Source: Octopus vulgaris (lineage: Eukaryota). From it: a stretch of 64,000 bases of DNA. Made by a program: the position numbers and the translations under genes. The stretch lies in contig OX597816.1 of NCBI GenBank assembly GCA_951406725.2, positions 128,154,001-128,218,000 on the forward strand, given 5' to 3'. How positions within the stretch are numbered: position 1 is the stretch's first letter; each line of letters begins with the position of its first letter. The notes under the pieces were generated by a model. The model saw only the letters and a program-made list of their open reading frames with translations. It was not told where the DNA came from and did no database searches. This document shows positions 13,537 to 27,146 of the stretch, piece by piece.

Positions 13537-14069
13537 GAAAAAGTACTTATAATAGAAGTTGGGTTTGGAACAAATATTTCCAAGAATTTATCTGTATTTT
13601 TTCCTATTTTCTAATATCAATGAAATCAGAGAAGGTATTCCTACTTTCATTTTGTAGTGGTTTTCCTTATGTTTTTTTTATACCTTTCTTAGTAATTGAA
13701 GAACGAACCACTGTGGAAAGGATAAAATATAATAACTGAATTAATTTTTTTTAATAGTCTGGTTTATGGTTTCAATTCTGGATGTTTACTGGAAATATTT
13801 TTAAAATTCTGAAGAAAAAAGATAACAAAAATACTAAATACATACCACCATATTCCATATTCTATGTACAAGTATTCAATATAAAAATTATACTGACACC
13901 GTGGCTTGCATATTATAACATGCGCAGACTACACACTGCTTGTCTTACAAATGTAATGAAATTAACTTTTTCATGTAAAGCATCTTAGGAGAAAACTTGA
14001 TGAATATAAAATGAATTTGTGTCAAGAGCAATAATATAATGAAATATAAAATCAAAATCATATTCGATA

Positions 14070-14525
14070 ACTGGCGTCCGTGCTAATGGGGTGCAAAGAG
14101 CACCATACGAGTGTGATCGTTGACAGAGCGCCTTACCGGCACTCGAGCCCTGTGCTAGTAGGGTGTTAAGAGCACCATCCGAGTGATTGTTGCCAGAGCG
14201 GCTATCTGGCGTCTGTGCCAGTGGCACATAAAAGACATCATTCGAGTGTGATCGTTACCAACATTGCCTTACTGGAACCTGTGCTGGTGGCATGTGTAAA
14301 AGATTCAAGCGAGGTCGTTGCCAGTACCGCCTGACTGGCCTCGTGGTGGTGGCACGTTAAAGTACCCACTATACTCTGAGAGTTGTTGGCATTAGGAAGG
14401 GCATCCAGCTGTAGAAACTCTGCCAGATCAAGATTGAAACCTGGTGCAGCCATCTTGTTCGCCAGCCCTCAGTCAAATCGTCCAACCCATGCTAGCATGG
14501 AAAGCAGACGTTAAACGATGATGAT
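14070..14525 (+). mobile_element. RTE-LINE 3' UTR fragment
   Basis: Ends CCCATGCTAGCATGGAAAGCAGACGTTAAACGATGATGAT. Confidence 0.85.
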
Positions 14526-15857
14526 AAAAATAGTTAAAACAAAAGAACACTAGAAGATAGTCAGTGTAAGCATGTTATCTTTAAGATAGCAGTTTTACTT
14601 TATTCTATATCATTGTATCATATATTCCTATAGTGTATATGCATGCATGTGGGACAAATGCTGGTAAGGCATGCAACATTAAGTAAGCCCAAATGTCACC
14701 GGCGGAAAACATAAAATAAGGCTACAAGATGAAATGCAACTATGTCAAAAAACATACATTTATATAGCAATGAAAAAACACTGCCTAAATACTGCCATTA
14801 AATTTTAATACATAAAAATATAAATGTGCACACACACACACTTTGATGCATTTTAATACAGTTAGTATTTGTTACTAAGCACAATATCATTATAAACAGT
14901 GTTATCCTATCTACAATTATGTGTAGTGAGAAATTAAGGCCATCTAATGTACGTTATTGTCACCCTTTTGATGAAAACTGAACAAAAGAAGTGTATTGTT
15001 TGTTTATATATGACATGTAGTTATATGATGAAATATTGTTACATACAAAATGGAAGTGAAGCAACCCAATATGTAGATATTTAATAACAATGTAATCTTA
15101 CTATTACTTATTTTGAAAAGAAAAATACTAAAAGTATAATTACTGTTGTTAAAGCAATGAAAGCATGCAACAGTTGAAAATGAAAATGTAAAGCAAACAG
15201 TTTAAGATGAAATATTACAAAGCTGTTATTAACAGAATGTGCATTTAAATATTGAAAACACAATGATGAATGAATGAAACCTATTAACTGGAAAACAAAA
15301 GACAATGAAGCATAAGCTGTAACATATGAGAAAATCCTACTACTGAAAAGGTTTCAACATAAAATGTTATCAACAACTGAAAAGAGGCTTAAACAAAATA
15401 TCATTAATATCAAGGAAGCAGGAAGAAAACACATTATTAATGATAATAAATGTGTAAAAACAAGCAATGGGAATTTTTGAATGGCTTATATCACACTATT
15501 TGTATAGCCGTTGTCCATGCTGGCATGCTGGAAGACTGCACCAGACTCCAGTCTTATTTGGCATGGTTTTCTACGGATGGATACCCATCTTTATGCCAAC
15601 CACTCCAGGAGTGTGCTGGGTGCTTTTTATGTGCCACCAGCATGGGTATCATTTGCATGACACTGGTATCTGCTACAACTGTGATTTTGCTCGGCTTGAA
15701 TTGTTCTTCTTCTCAAGTATGACATAATCCCAAAGGTTTGGTCATTGCCTCCATGAGACCCAACACTTGAAAGGAACTTAGCCACTTTGCCTCCATGTGT
15801 ATATATATATATATATATATCATCATCATCATCGTCGTTTAACGTCCGTTCTCCATG

Positions 15858-15907
<50 letters not shown>

Positions 15908-15914
15908 TATATAA

Positions 15915-16507
15915 CATACATGTAAGAGGAATGACCACTAGGTGGACTCCTAATATGCTAAATGTAGACCCCATATGGTCTGATCACTATGAAAAATAAT
16001 GTTTTTTAATCGGCAAGCTTCAATGCAGAAAATTATTTTCTGCAGTCATTTTCAGCTTTGGTGTGCCAAAACAAAGACATTTGAAATATATCACCAAATA
16101 TAATTGATAGAACTGTATGCATGTTCTCTCTCCGAAGGAGGTTTCATGCATAGTTCTGAAAATTATATTTTCTATGACGGTCACACCATGAGGATTTGTA
16201 GACATTTAAGTAATGTAAATGGTAACAATGAAACCATGGTATGTGACTAATCATTATATTTTCTATCTTTCCATTTGTCTTGTTCACTTTACATTCTGGC
16301 ATTTGCCGAATTTTCTTGAGAACAATTGTTCTTAGTGGCCAGACCATAAGGGATCTACATTTAGCATATTAGGAGTCCACCTAGTGATCATTCCTCTTAC
16401 ATGTATGTAATCTAATTTTCTGAATCTTCAGATTTTTTCACTATGCTAGGCCACTGGTTTAAATTGATATTAATTTAATTAATATCAATTTTTACCCTTA
16501 TTATTTA

Positions 16508-16510
<3 letters not shown>
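15915..16510 (+). mobile_element. Penelope-like terminal-repeat remnant with a partial inverted copy
   Basis: 15915-15990 is inverted to 16330-16410; HHR-like motif at 16180-16247; AT-rich end into (TA)n. Confidence 0.5.
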
Positions 16511-16543
<33 letters not shown>

Positions 16544-16544
16544 T

Positions 16545-17003
16545 GTTTCATTTGATTCAATCACCAGAACAGCCAGCTTGTGAAATTAACATACAAGTGG
16601 TTGAGCATTCCATAAATTAATATAGTTTTCAGGGAGATTCAGCAAGACACAGAATATGACAAGGCTGGCCCTTTGAAATACAGATACTACCCATTTTTGC
16701 CAGCTGAGTGAACTGGAGCAATGTGAAATAAAGTGTCTTGCTCAAGGAAACAACATGTAGCTGGGAATTTAACTCATAACCTTAAGATTATGAGCCAAAT
16801 ACCCTAACCACTAAAGCCACTCATTTGGCAAAATGAATAGTGCCTGTATTTTAAAGGGCCATGCTGTGTCTTGATGAATCTCCCTGCGAACTATGTTAAT
16901 GGTACATGTGTTAGTGGAGTGCTCAGTCACTTGCACATTAATTTCATGAGCAGGCTGTTCCACTGATCGGATCAACTGGAACCCTTGTCATAATAACAGA
17001 GTG

Positions 17004-17005
<2 letters not shown>
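16545..17005. mobile_element. head-to-head pair of family C SINEs (16545-16820 minus; 16820-17005 plus, 5' truncated)
   Basis: Same body as 63458-63808 (GAACAGCC..GTGAAATTAAC..GCTGGCCCTTT) in both orientations. Confidence 0.75.
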
Positions 17006-17046
<41 letters not shown>

Positions 17047-17375
17047 CATATATATACATATATACATACATATATACATACATACACATATATATATGCA
17101 TACATATATACATACATACACACACATATACATACATATATATACATACATACATACATACACATACATATACATACATACATATATATACATACATACA
17201 TACACATATATATACATACATATACATACATATATATACATACATACATATACATACATATATATACATACATACATATACATACATATATATACATACA
17301 TACACGTACATATATATATACATACATTCGTTCATACATATACTTATATACATACATACATATATACACATACAA

Positions 17376-17412
<37 letters not shown>
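17006..17412. repeat. long compound TA/TACA microsatellite
   Basis: Direct inspection. Confidence 0.95.
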
Positions 17413-18978
17413 GAAAACACTGTTATTTTATTTCACACAGGTAGAAATATAGGAAAAATAGAAGTTGAAAATGCATTGAAAATAGTTAAAATATTTTTTA
17501 TTAACATATTTAATGCTTTAACTGGTTTCAGAGTTTACACTGATTCTCAAAGTTCAAATATAAAGACATGACTTATGCCACAGATGTTTTGCTTCTGACT
17601 AATGTTTGAAGCTTGCCCTATTTTTATAGGGAGTTCATAGCTCAAATTAGTTTATGTTTTGAATAGGATTTGATTGATAGAGGATAGTCACATGACTGGT
17701 CTTAGAATTTTTGTAGGCTCCTGGCTACCACCGTGTGTTAGTATCAAATGACAATGCTTAGTGTCATAAGGATGACACGGTTGACTGAACATGTCCAAAA
17801 AAAATCAATGCTCTGAATGTTTTCTGTCAAGTGTTTGTAGAGAATGAACACATGATTAAGTTTATAACCTTTTGTACGTTTCTCACTATGTTCATGCATT
17901 AGTGTCATGTGACAGTATATTTTGCACCTAAAAAGGTCAACACGGTTGAGGGAACATGTTTAGTTATAATCAAGGCACTTCAAATTTAATTTGTCTTATG
18001 CGAGAGTGACAGGAGTCGTTTGTATGTAGTTCAGTGGCAAAAGTTTAGGTTGTTAGCTGTGTAGCTTCCTCATGATAAGTAGCAGAATAAATTTTGTGTG
18101 TGAATAGTTATTTGTGTATGTACTCTGTTAATGTTTGTAATTTTGCATGAAAGTAGTTTTGTTTGGTTTATCCATGCTTCATCTGTGGTATTTGCAGAAC
18201 ATACGTAGAGTGGAAAGACCTAGAATTTAAGAGACTTATGTTTTGCACATATGTCTATGTGTCCACTCGGTGGAATCTGTCTAGTACTGGGGTCTTGTAT
18301 TTGTTGTCGGTGAATGATCAGTCTATTTCTAAGAGTAAGTTTTGTTTGACCTATATAATCTTCATCACATCCTTGATATTTGATAGTGTATATTAAATTC
18401 CTTGAAGAATATGTAAAGAGATTTTTTACAGTAAAAGTCTGTACTGATTTGAATTTGTATGTTGTGTCTTCAAAAAGGCTGATGTTGGTCGGACAATTGG
18501 GGCAGCCACACATTTTGACTGTTGGTGTAAGAATTATGGAAGGTAATTTAGCACTTTTGAGGGACTTTGATTGTCTTTTACTTTTCATTATTTTGTGTAT
18601 TTCGAGTGCTTGTTTCATTCTTGGATCTTGTTTTAGTAGTAGGATGCTCTGGTGGATAATATTGTAAACCTCTGTGTTTCTTGGGTTGTGTGTTGTAACA
18701 AAGGGTAGAGCATTGGATGTATCTGGAATGTTTTTCGCTTTTCCTAGTTCTTCAATATTTAATGCTTTGGCACATTCTATTCCATTGTCTATTATCATTA
18801 ATGGATATTATCTTTTAAGTAGGACTTGTTTTAGTTCCTAGATTCTTTTATTGGGAGTTTTAGAGTTTGAGACAATTGTGCAGATTCTTCTTGCTAGATT
18901 AAAGGGGATATTATTCTTTATGTGTCTGGAATGGTATAAGGCGAACAGTAAGTATTGTTTAGAATCTGTCTATTTAAA

Positions 18979-19017
18979 CTTTTTGAAAATCAGTGTAAAC
19001 TGTGAAACCAGTTAAAG
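18979..19017 (+). ncRNA. minimal type-I hammerhead ribozyme, U3-A8 core variant
   Basis: CTTT-TTGAAAA-T-CAGT(GTAA)ACTG-T-GAA-ACCAGT-T-AAAG; partner copy at 17515-17555 on minus. Confidence 0.65.
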
Positions 19018-19030
19018 CTTTAAATATATT

Positions 19031-19262
19031 TATTTCTCTATTGTCCACAAGGGGCTAAACACAGGAGGAACAAAACAAGGACAGACAAAGGGATTAAGTT
19101 GATTACATCGACTCCAGTGCATAACTGGTACTTATTTAATCGACCCCAAAAGGATGAAAGGAAAGGTCAACCGCAGCAGAATTTGAACTCAGAACGTAAA
19201 GATGGGCAAAATACCACTAAGTATTTCACCCAGCATGCTAATGATTCTGCCAGCTCGCTGCT
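19031..19262 (-). mobile_element. tRNA-derived SINE family B
   Basis: Head GCGAGCTGGCAGAA, B box GAGTTCAAATTC, core CTTTCATCCTTTTGGGGTCGAT..AAGTACCAG (resembles the Meta-type SINE core, from recall). Confidence 0.85.
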
Positions 19263-19317
19263 ATATTAAAAAATATTTTAACTATTCTCAGTGAATTTTC
19301 AACTTCTATTTTTCCTA

Positions 19318-19700
19318 GGTGCAGGAGTGGTTGTGTGATAAGAAGCTTGCTTCCCAACCACATGGTTCCGGGTTCAGTCCCACTAGTGTCTTCTACTATA
19401 GCCTCAGGCTGACCAAAGACTTGTGAGTGAATTTGGTAGATGGAAACTAAAAGAAGCCCATCGTATATATATATATATATATATATACATATATATATCT
19501 ATATGTATTTGTCCCCACACCACCAATACTTAACACCAATGCTGGTATGTTTACGTACCTGTAACTTAGTGGTTCAGCAAAAGAGGCCAATAGAATAGTA
19601 CTAGGCTTACAAAAAATAAGTCCTGGGGTCGATTTGTTCAACTAAAAGAGGTGCTCCAGCATTGCAGCAGTCAAAATGACTGAATCAAGTAAAAGAGTAC
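19318..19700 (+). mobile_element. SINE family A
   Basis: Same head, body and tail as 8984-9410. Confidence 0.9.
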
Positions 19701-20339
19701 ACACACACACACACACACAAAATAATATTATTATGGAAGCAACACAGGCGAAGTTTAAAAGAACATAATTGAAATACACATCCAAAACTTATATAAATAC
19801 ATATATTCTCTATAAAATGGAAATAAAATTCCAAAATACACAAATATATATAAATAGACAATATCAACACAAAGCATAAAACACAATTGAATTTAAGAAA
19901 ATATCGTTTATAATTACATTTAAAATTGTACATTGTATGATGAAATTAAAATTTTAACTTGAAAGGATAATGTATTAAAACCAATGAAAGAAAAAAAAAG
20001 AAAATATATAAACATCGCCTCTACGGGCCATTTTAGAGATGTGCCAAGGAATATGACATATTTCATTATTAATCAAGGCACCCTCATCAGGATGTTACAC
20101 TAAATTCATAAATACATCTACATACCAAGGCCGGTCCACCATCAGCGGCAGTGTCATAGGTTTTAGATGCTTATTTCAATTATGTTCTTTTAGACTTTGC
20201 CTTTGTTGCCTCCATAATAATATTATTTTGAATATGGCTCAAACCAAGCACTACACTACTGTATTAATGTGAGTTATTGTTAACAACAAGCTCTAATTAA
20301 ACTATACATTTTATTTGTCACCTTACTGGCTCTTATGCT

Positions 20340-20677
20340 ACCTGCGTCGCCTTACTGGCACTTGTGCTGGTGGCACATGAAAAACATTCTAGCGAGGTCA
20401 TTGCCAGTGCTGCTGGACTGGCTCCTGTGCAGGTGACACATAAAAAGCATCATTTGAGCGTGGCCACTGCCAGTACTGCTTGACTGACCCTCGTGCCAGT
20501 GGCATGTAAAAGCACCCACTACACTCTCGGAGTGGTTGGCATTAGGGAGGGCATCCAGCTGTAGAAACTCTGCCAGATCAGATTGGAGTCTGGTCAGCCA
20601 TCTGGTTCACTAGACCTCAGTCAAATCGTCCAACACAAACTAGCATGGAAAGCGGACGTTAAACGATGATGATGATG
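20340..20677 (+). mobile_element. RTE-LINE 3' UTR fragment
   Basis: Tandem units plus GGACGTTAAACGATGATG end. Confidence 0.85.
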
Positions 20678-20985
20678 AGGATATATATATCCGATGGACT
20701 CTCCCACCAAAGAGACAATGTGCGAGTGTTCAGCTTTTGCCAAACAACCTGCGCAAATGATTTGTTTACAGTGGTCAAATGTATATGCTGCACATTAGCT
20801 CACTCCCTTTATCAAACTGACTTTGCCAATAGAGGGGCAGAGTGCACCACATGTCAAATGCTGAAGTGATCTCTAAGCTACATGAGATGAAATGTTTTAC
20901 TCAAGAACACAACACACCGCCTGGTCTAGGAATTGAAACCATGATATTACAATCATGAGTGCAACACCCTAACCACTAGGTCAGG
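20678..20985 (-). mobile_element. tRNA-derived SINE (family C head, distinct tail); second tail copy at ~22790-22930
   Basis: Minus head TGACCTAGTGGTTAGGG..GGTTTCAATTCC; GGACTCTCCCACCAAAGAGACAATG occurs at both loci. Confidence 0.7.
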
Positions 20986-20987
20986 CA

Positions 20988-21023
<36 letters not shown>

Positions 21024-21065
21024 ATAGTATATATGTATATATATCTATCTATATATATATTATAT

Positions 21066-21099
<34 letters not shown>

Positions 21100-21996
21100 G
21101 CTCATATACATATATATACGTATATATATGTATATATACACATACATATATATATCAATACACACTCACACAAATATGTATACATAATTACATACATATA
21201 TAATTATATATATACATACATACAAACACACAAAATACACCAGTGCAGAGATACAGATGTTATTGTAGTTTATTCTGTTTATCTACTCTGTCTAGAGTAC
21301 TAATTACAAAATTGTCTCTAATGACCATGTTGACATCTTGTCATCCAAAGGGTAATTGTTACTATGTGGAAAGAATAATAGGTGATGTAGTTACATCTCT
21401 CTTTGGCAGAGATATTTTCTTCAAAATATGTTTGTTTTTTAGAATGGCTCTGTATTGAAATAAGTTATGAATAACACTCTTATGATTCTATTACAATTTT
21501 ATCCCAGCCATTCTGTGCATCTACTTCTTTATTAGATCTAGGTTTATATTGACACAGATGCACTTCTGGTTACTTTTTTATACCCTATCTTCAAGATGTC
21601 AGATATTTGGAAATCTCTCCTTTTTTTTATGATTATCTTCTAGCTCTGTAAATCTGTCATATAATATTCTAACCCATTTATAGATTTAACTTCTTTGGGT
21701 ACCATTTAAGCCTTTCTTTTACTTTTTATGTGACAGCTTTACTATGTTATTCCATTATAATAATTGCCTGGTACACAGCAACAGGTTTGGTCCATAGCTT
21801 GAACTTTTGTATTTTGAAAGAATACAACAAAACACCAACAACCACGAGTTTTTGCGATAATGGTTCACATCAGTAAAAAAATCAATTGCATGAAGTTCAT
21901 AAAATGGAAGGCCTTGATCAAATTGTCATAATTCTCTTCTCATTAAGAAACAAAAATTTATTCCATTTGGTGAATTCTATGGCTTAAGAATACCTA

Positions 21997-22626
21997 GAAG
22001 TCTTATGGCTGTCTGGTTAAGAAGTTCGCTTTGCAACCACATGGTTTTAGGTTCATTTCCACAATGAATACATTCACAAATAACTTCTACTGAGAACCCT
22101 GTCTGACCAATGCCTCATGAGTGCATTTTTGGTGACAAAAACTGCAGAGGCCTATGTTGTACATACATGTAGTTGTTGTTGTTGTTGTTAACCAACAAGA
22201 CAAGTAAGGGTGATTAGGTCATGGTCTAGATCTCAGGGGCAGGAAACCCCAGACCTTGGAAAAAAAAACTGGTCATCTTGTAGTCGAGGGTTCTTCATTG
22301 ACGCCTGACGCCACTGGAAGGTGGCCCTCGAAGTCACTGGAAATGGAGATCTCCAGGTCCAAATTCTTGAACGGCTACATACATGTATGCATGAGTATGT
22401 GTGTGTGTGTGTACACATCTGTGTATGTCTTTGTGTTCATCCACCCTGCCACCACTTGACAATCAGCGTTGTGTTGTTTATAGCCATGTAACTTGGTAGT
22501 TCAAAAGACCTGAGACAATAAGTACTGGACTTGAAATAAAATTAAGTGCTGGGAATGATTTGCTGGATTAAACCCTACAAGGTAGTACTCCAGCATGGCT
22601 TCCACTAACTAAAACAAATAAAAGAA
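21997..22626 (+). mobile_element. degenerate SINE family A with internal insertion
   Basis: Head and tail motifs recognisable. Confidence 0.6.
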
Positions 22627-23097
22627 TAAATGAATCTATATATGCATTGTGTAATATTTTATTTGAAGCTCTTCATTATTTATGAAGCCTTTAAATTTTT
22701 TACTCCTAAGCATTCTCAGCTATCCCTTCCAGAGGTTTGTTCAGTCAGGCTTGCTCTAAAGTAAGCAATGAATGATGATGATGATGATATATATATATCC
22801 AATGGACTCTCCCACCAAAGAGACAATGTATGAGCGTTCAGCTTCTGCCAAACAACCTGCACAGATGATTTGTTTATAGTGGTCAAATATATATGCTGTA
22901 CATTAGCTCACTCCTTTTATCAAATTGACAAGCAATGAATCAAATCTTCAGATCAACTCCCCTTCTCTGACATTTTAAGGAAAGAAAGACATCTCGGATA
23001 ATGTAGTCTTCAATACACTTCGCTTGAAAAAGAAAGATGGGAATCTGTGTGTGGTCATAAAACCAATGTAATAAAGTATTAACCTAGGGTAGCAGAA

Positions 23098-23303
23098 GGC
23101 ATCAAGCTGGCAGAATCATTAGCATGCTGGGCAAAATGTTTAGTGGCATTTTGTCAGTCTTTACATTCTGAGTTCAAATTTCATGGAGATTGATTTAGCC
23201 TTTCATTGGTCGATAAAATAATTACTAGTTGAACACTGGGGTGATGTAATCACCTTATCCTCTCCCACAAAATTGCTGGCCTTGTGCCAAAATTTGAAAC
23301 CAA
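23098..23303 (+). mobile_element. SINE family B
   Basis: AGCTGGCAGAA head and core; related copy at 26313-26521. Confidence 0.75.
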
Positions 23304-25775
23304 TCTAGGTGATAGATTAATAGACTTGTTAGACTTGTTAGAGCAGCAAACAGCATATCTTGTGCTATTTCTTTAAGCTGCTAGTGGTGTGAGTTATTTG
23401 GTGGCAGATCTATTCCATTACTCAGTTTAACAACACTTGCTAATCCTTGAATGCTTTTAACAGGTTTTACTCTGTTGAATGTATTGAAAACTGGTGTTTG
23501 ATTCTGGATTCTTACCATCTTCCTACCAATCTTAGAAGCCTAGGGAAAATAGTTAAAAGAATTATCCTTCCCTTCTTGACTAAATTGTAAAAAAAAATAA
23601 GATAAAGGGGGAAAATCCATGATAGTGATGCATGTCTCACTTAAGCTTTTATTTACTATCTGTCTTGAATATAAATATTAATTCATCATATCAAATGGCT
23701 AGTAAAATTCAACTACGGATAATACCTTCCTATTCTTATTAATATAAAGTGATATCCAATGTAAAATTCATTTACAGGACATTTACAAACATTTCTTGCT
23801 TTTGAAATATAAATTATATTTGAAAATAATTATGTGTATATTCATAATTAATGATAGAGAGGTTTATCTTTGTCATAGTTTCTAAAATGTCAGAATCATC
23901 AAAAACCCCACCCTAGATAAATCTCAGTCACTTTGTAAGGAAGCGATATAATAAGTACGGTGTCTATTTCTCAATACTCTACAGATGTAGAATTTAGATT
24001 GAGATCAATTTAATGTCAAGTAGTATTTCATATTCTGGCTGTTTTTCTGAGACAATGTTTTGAATGATTTATGACAAAACTACACTAGATATGCTAACAT
24101 TCTGAAATATAAGAATTCCTCAGGCATTTATTTCCTTCAGCCGAACTTCTTTTTTACATTTTGTTTTCTAACCTTCTAACTGTTGTTATGTATTTTCCCC
24201 CACCATACATTTTCTCCATCGTTTTATCAATATCTTTCTTTATTCCTTATTATCTTCCTTACAATCTTTTTTGGGAGTGAAAGCATGCAATAGTTTTAGG
24301 AAATATTCTTTTACTGACTACATCTTGATCCAAAATGTCTTTTCAACCATCTGTCCTTAAAACATTTCAGTCCATTCTCCTCTAAAACTTGTGTTTACTA
24401 TTTCACAATTCTATTTAGACATTTTAGTAGCTTCTAGTTGCTAATGTTTTATTACAGTAGTTTTGTTTTTTTAAATTCTGCTTCTATAGATTTATGTTTT
24501 TTTTCTTTTGATTCCTTATGTCTTTTTTTCTTTTCTATTTGTAATTCTAACACTATAAGTATAAATCATCAGTAACATTGGCTCACAAATAACTGCATGG
24601 TCATTGGTGCAGGCTTGGAATACCTTGAGTTTTAATACTTTTACTGTCTTCTCCAACAATCAATATTTATATTTTTCTCTATTATATTCATTATTGTTTA
24701 CCATTTATTTTTTTTTTTAAAAAAAAAAAAGCATATACCGCACATCTTTTATGCCATTCCTAACGTTCTATCCTTTTATCCATACCCAGTGCACAATTCC
24801 ATAGCTATCATCTATTTCTTTTAAATCACCATTAAAATCTATAACTGGCATTATCTCCTCTTTGAAAGCAAAAGCTGTCATTTGAGTGACACTAAATTCT
24901 ACCATGCAGTCAAGACAAATGTATATCTTTCAAACATACTTTAGATGTAAGTCTTATCGCCATCTTTTCTGTTTTAAATGTATGAGGCATATATACGATA
25001 CAAGTCTTGGGGGTGAGTGCTTATGCATGTGTAATTGTGAAAGAGAGAATGTATATAAATGGTATAAATGAGAGAAAGAGAGAGAGAGAAAGAAGGAGAG
25101 AGAGAGAGAGAGAGTATGAAGTCTTTCTCACTTTCTTAAATATTCTTACAGCATCAAATGATTATTTTTCCCTGTAGTGCTTCAAGTTCAGATTTCTGCT
25201 TCATTTACAAATCACTTCAACAATCATCGCCACCACAAGCCAAGCAAGGAACATAGACATGGTTACTCGATTTGCTGGAAATAACAGTCAAACTTGCTTC
25301 AAATTACACACTACTGTTTTGAAAAAGTCACCATAGGCAATTTGTCTTAGATATGCAATGCTAAAGAGAAGGGATGGAGATTCATGGTTGAAATGCCATT
25401 GGTTATAGGTCTGTTTAATAAGGACTATCTTGCAGATAAACAACAGCATTCTCACACCCTCTACCAGCTGTGAATGCTGTCATTAACATATTTTTCCCCC
25501 TAGATACAAGCCATGGTTTAACTGGTTTATGTCATACATCTTATGAGGTTTAATATTGGGATGAAAAATCTAATGTTTGTCTAGCACCTCATAATCCTTC
25601 TTTTATGCTGTGTATTCTTTATTCTTATTTATCAAATATTTTCCTCTTGCACTACCAAATATAGTTTCTTTCTTGCACAAAATAGAAAATACCCCTGATG
25701 TTCAGTTGCTATCTTTCTTTCACACTCATTGAATTATATTCGAATCATGAATTTCAAATCACTCAAGTTATATAT

Positions 25776-26177
25776 AGGCATAGGAGTGACTGTGTGATAA
25801 GCAGCTTGCTTACCAACCACATGGTTCCAGGTTCAGTTCCACTGCAAGGCACCTTGACAAGTGTCTTCTACTATAGCCTCAAGCTGACCAAAGCCTGGTG
25901 AGTGGATTTGGTAGACGGAAACTGAAAGAAGCCCATCGTATATATATATATGTGTGTGTGTGTGTGTCTGTGTTTGTTCCCCCCCCCCCCCCAATATCGC
26001 TTGACAACCGATGCTGGTGTGTTTACATCCCCTAACTTAGCGGTTTGGCAAAAAGACCAATAGAATAAAGTACTAGGCTTACAAAGAATGAGTTCTGGGG
26101 TAGATTTGCTCGACTAAAAGTGGTGCTCCAGCAAGGCCACAGTCAAATGACTGAAACGAGTAAAAGAGTGAAGAGTA
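25776..26177 (+). mobile_element. SINE family A
   Basis: Full head, body and tail. Confidence 0.9.
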
Positions 26178-26546
26178 TACCTTCAGTGCACATGTTTATC
26201 ATTATGCAATATTTTTATCACTATTTTTTAATCACATACCCTCCAACTAAACAATATTTAGTGATTGAACTGCTTAATCATCATTGGGCTTCTTAATATT
26301 TCCTTTCTATAAAGCAGCGAACTGGCCAAATTATTAGCATACTGGGCAAAAAATAAAATGCCTCCATCTTTACATTGTGAGTTCAAATTTCACCGAGGTC
26401 AGCTTTGTCTTTTACCCTTTTGGGATCAATAAAATAAGTACCAGTTGATGACTGGTGTCGATATAATCAGCTTACCCTCTCCCTGCTAATTGCTGGCCTT
26501 GAGCCAAAATTTAAAACCAATATTTCCTTTATAGACTATTCTTTAT

Positions 26547-27146
26547 GGCCTGACTGTTTTGGGTTAAGAAGTTTGCTTCTCAACCAGGTAGCTTTGGGTT
26601 CAGTCTTACTGTGTAGTACCTTACGCAAATATCTTCTACTACAACTCCAAGCAGACCAAAGCCTTATGAGTGGATCTGGTAAACAGAAATTGAAAGAAAC
26701 CTATTGTATATATATTTCTTTCCTGCTCACAAGGGGCTAAACATAGAGGGGACAAACAAGGACAGACAAAGGGATTAAGTCGATTACATCGACCCCTGTG
26801 CGAAACTGATACTATATTTATCGACCTCGAAAGGATGAAAGGCAAAGTCAACCTCGGCGGAATTTGAACTCAGAACGTAATGACAGACAAAATACCGCTA
26901 AGTATTTTGCCTGGCACGCTAACATTTCTGCCAGCTCGTCACCTTGTATATATTGTATATATGTATGTGTGTGTGTATATATATGTGTGTGTGTGTGTAT
27001 GTGTATATATATATATATATATCAATCGTGTGTATGTCCTTGTGTTTGTACCCCATCTCTGGGGCTGCTTTGTTTAACAGAACCTTTCAAAGTAATACTC
27101 CAGCATGGCCAAAGTACAATAAGTGAAACAAGTAAAAGTTAAAAGA
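26547..27146 (+). mobile_element. SINE family A interrupted in its TA tract by an antisense family B SINE (26713-26943)
   Basis: Family A head 26547-26710 and tail to 27146; family B sequence on minus between them. Confidence 0.8.

Larger units (their letters stand above)
17447..19317 (-). mobile_element. Penelope-like element (RT C-terminus plus GIY-YIG endonuclease), 5'-truncated with inverted pseudo-LTR
   Basis: Minus frame NIPF.LARRI..., LPFVTTHNP, Cys cluster, NLIYTIK..YIGQT..LRNRL..H (GIY-YIG); 17447-17568 is inverted to 18966-19030 plus 19263-19317. Confidence 0.9.

Noticed and set aside
16944-17444. Long YIYI/CVCV ORFs here and at 5372, 12818, 21006, 26864, 28277, 29164 and 30827
   Set aside because: They are translations of TA/TG microsatellites
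20050-20095. Minus-strand CTGATGA...GAAATATGTC
   Set aside because: Stems I and II do not pair; at most a badly decayed HHR
21250-24850. Possible old LINE remnants on the minus strand
   Set aside because: Composition is suggestive but no protein motif was recovered
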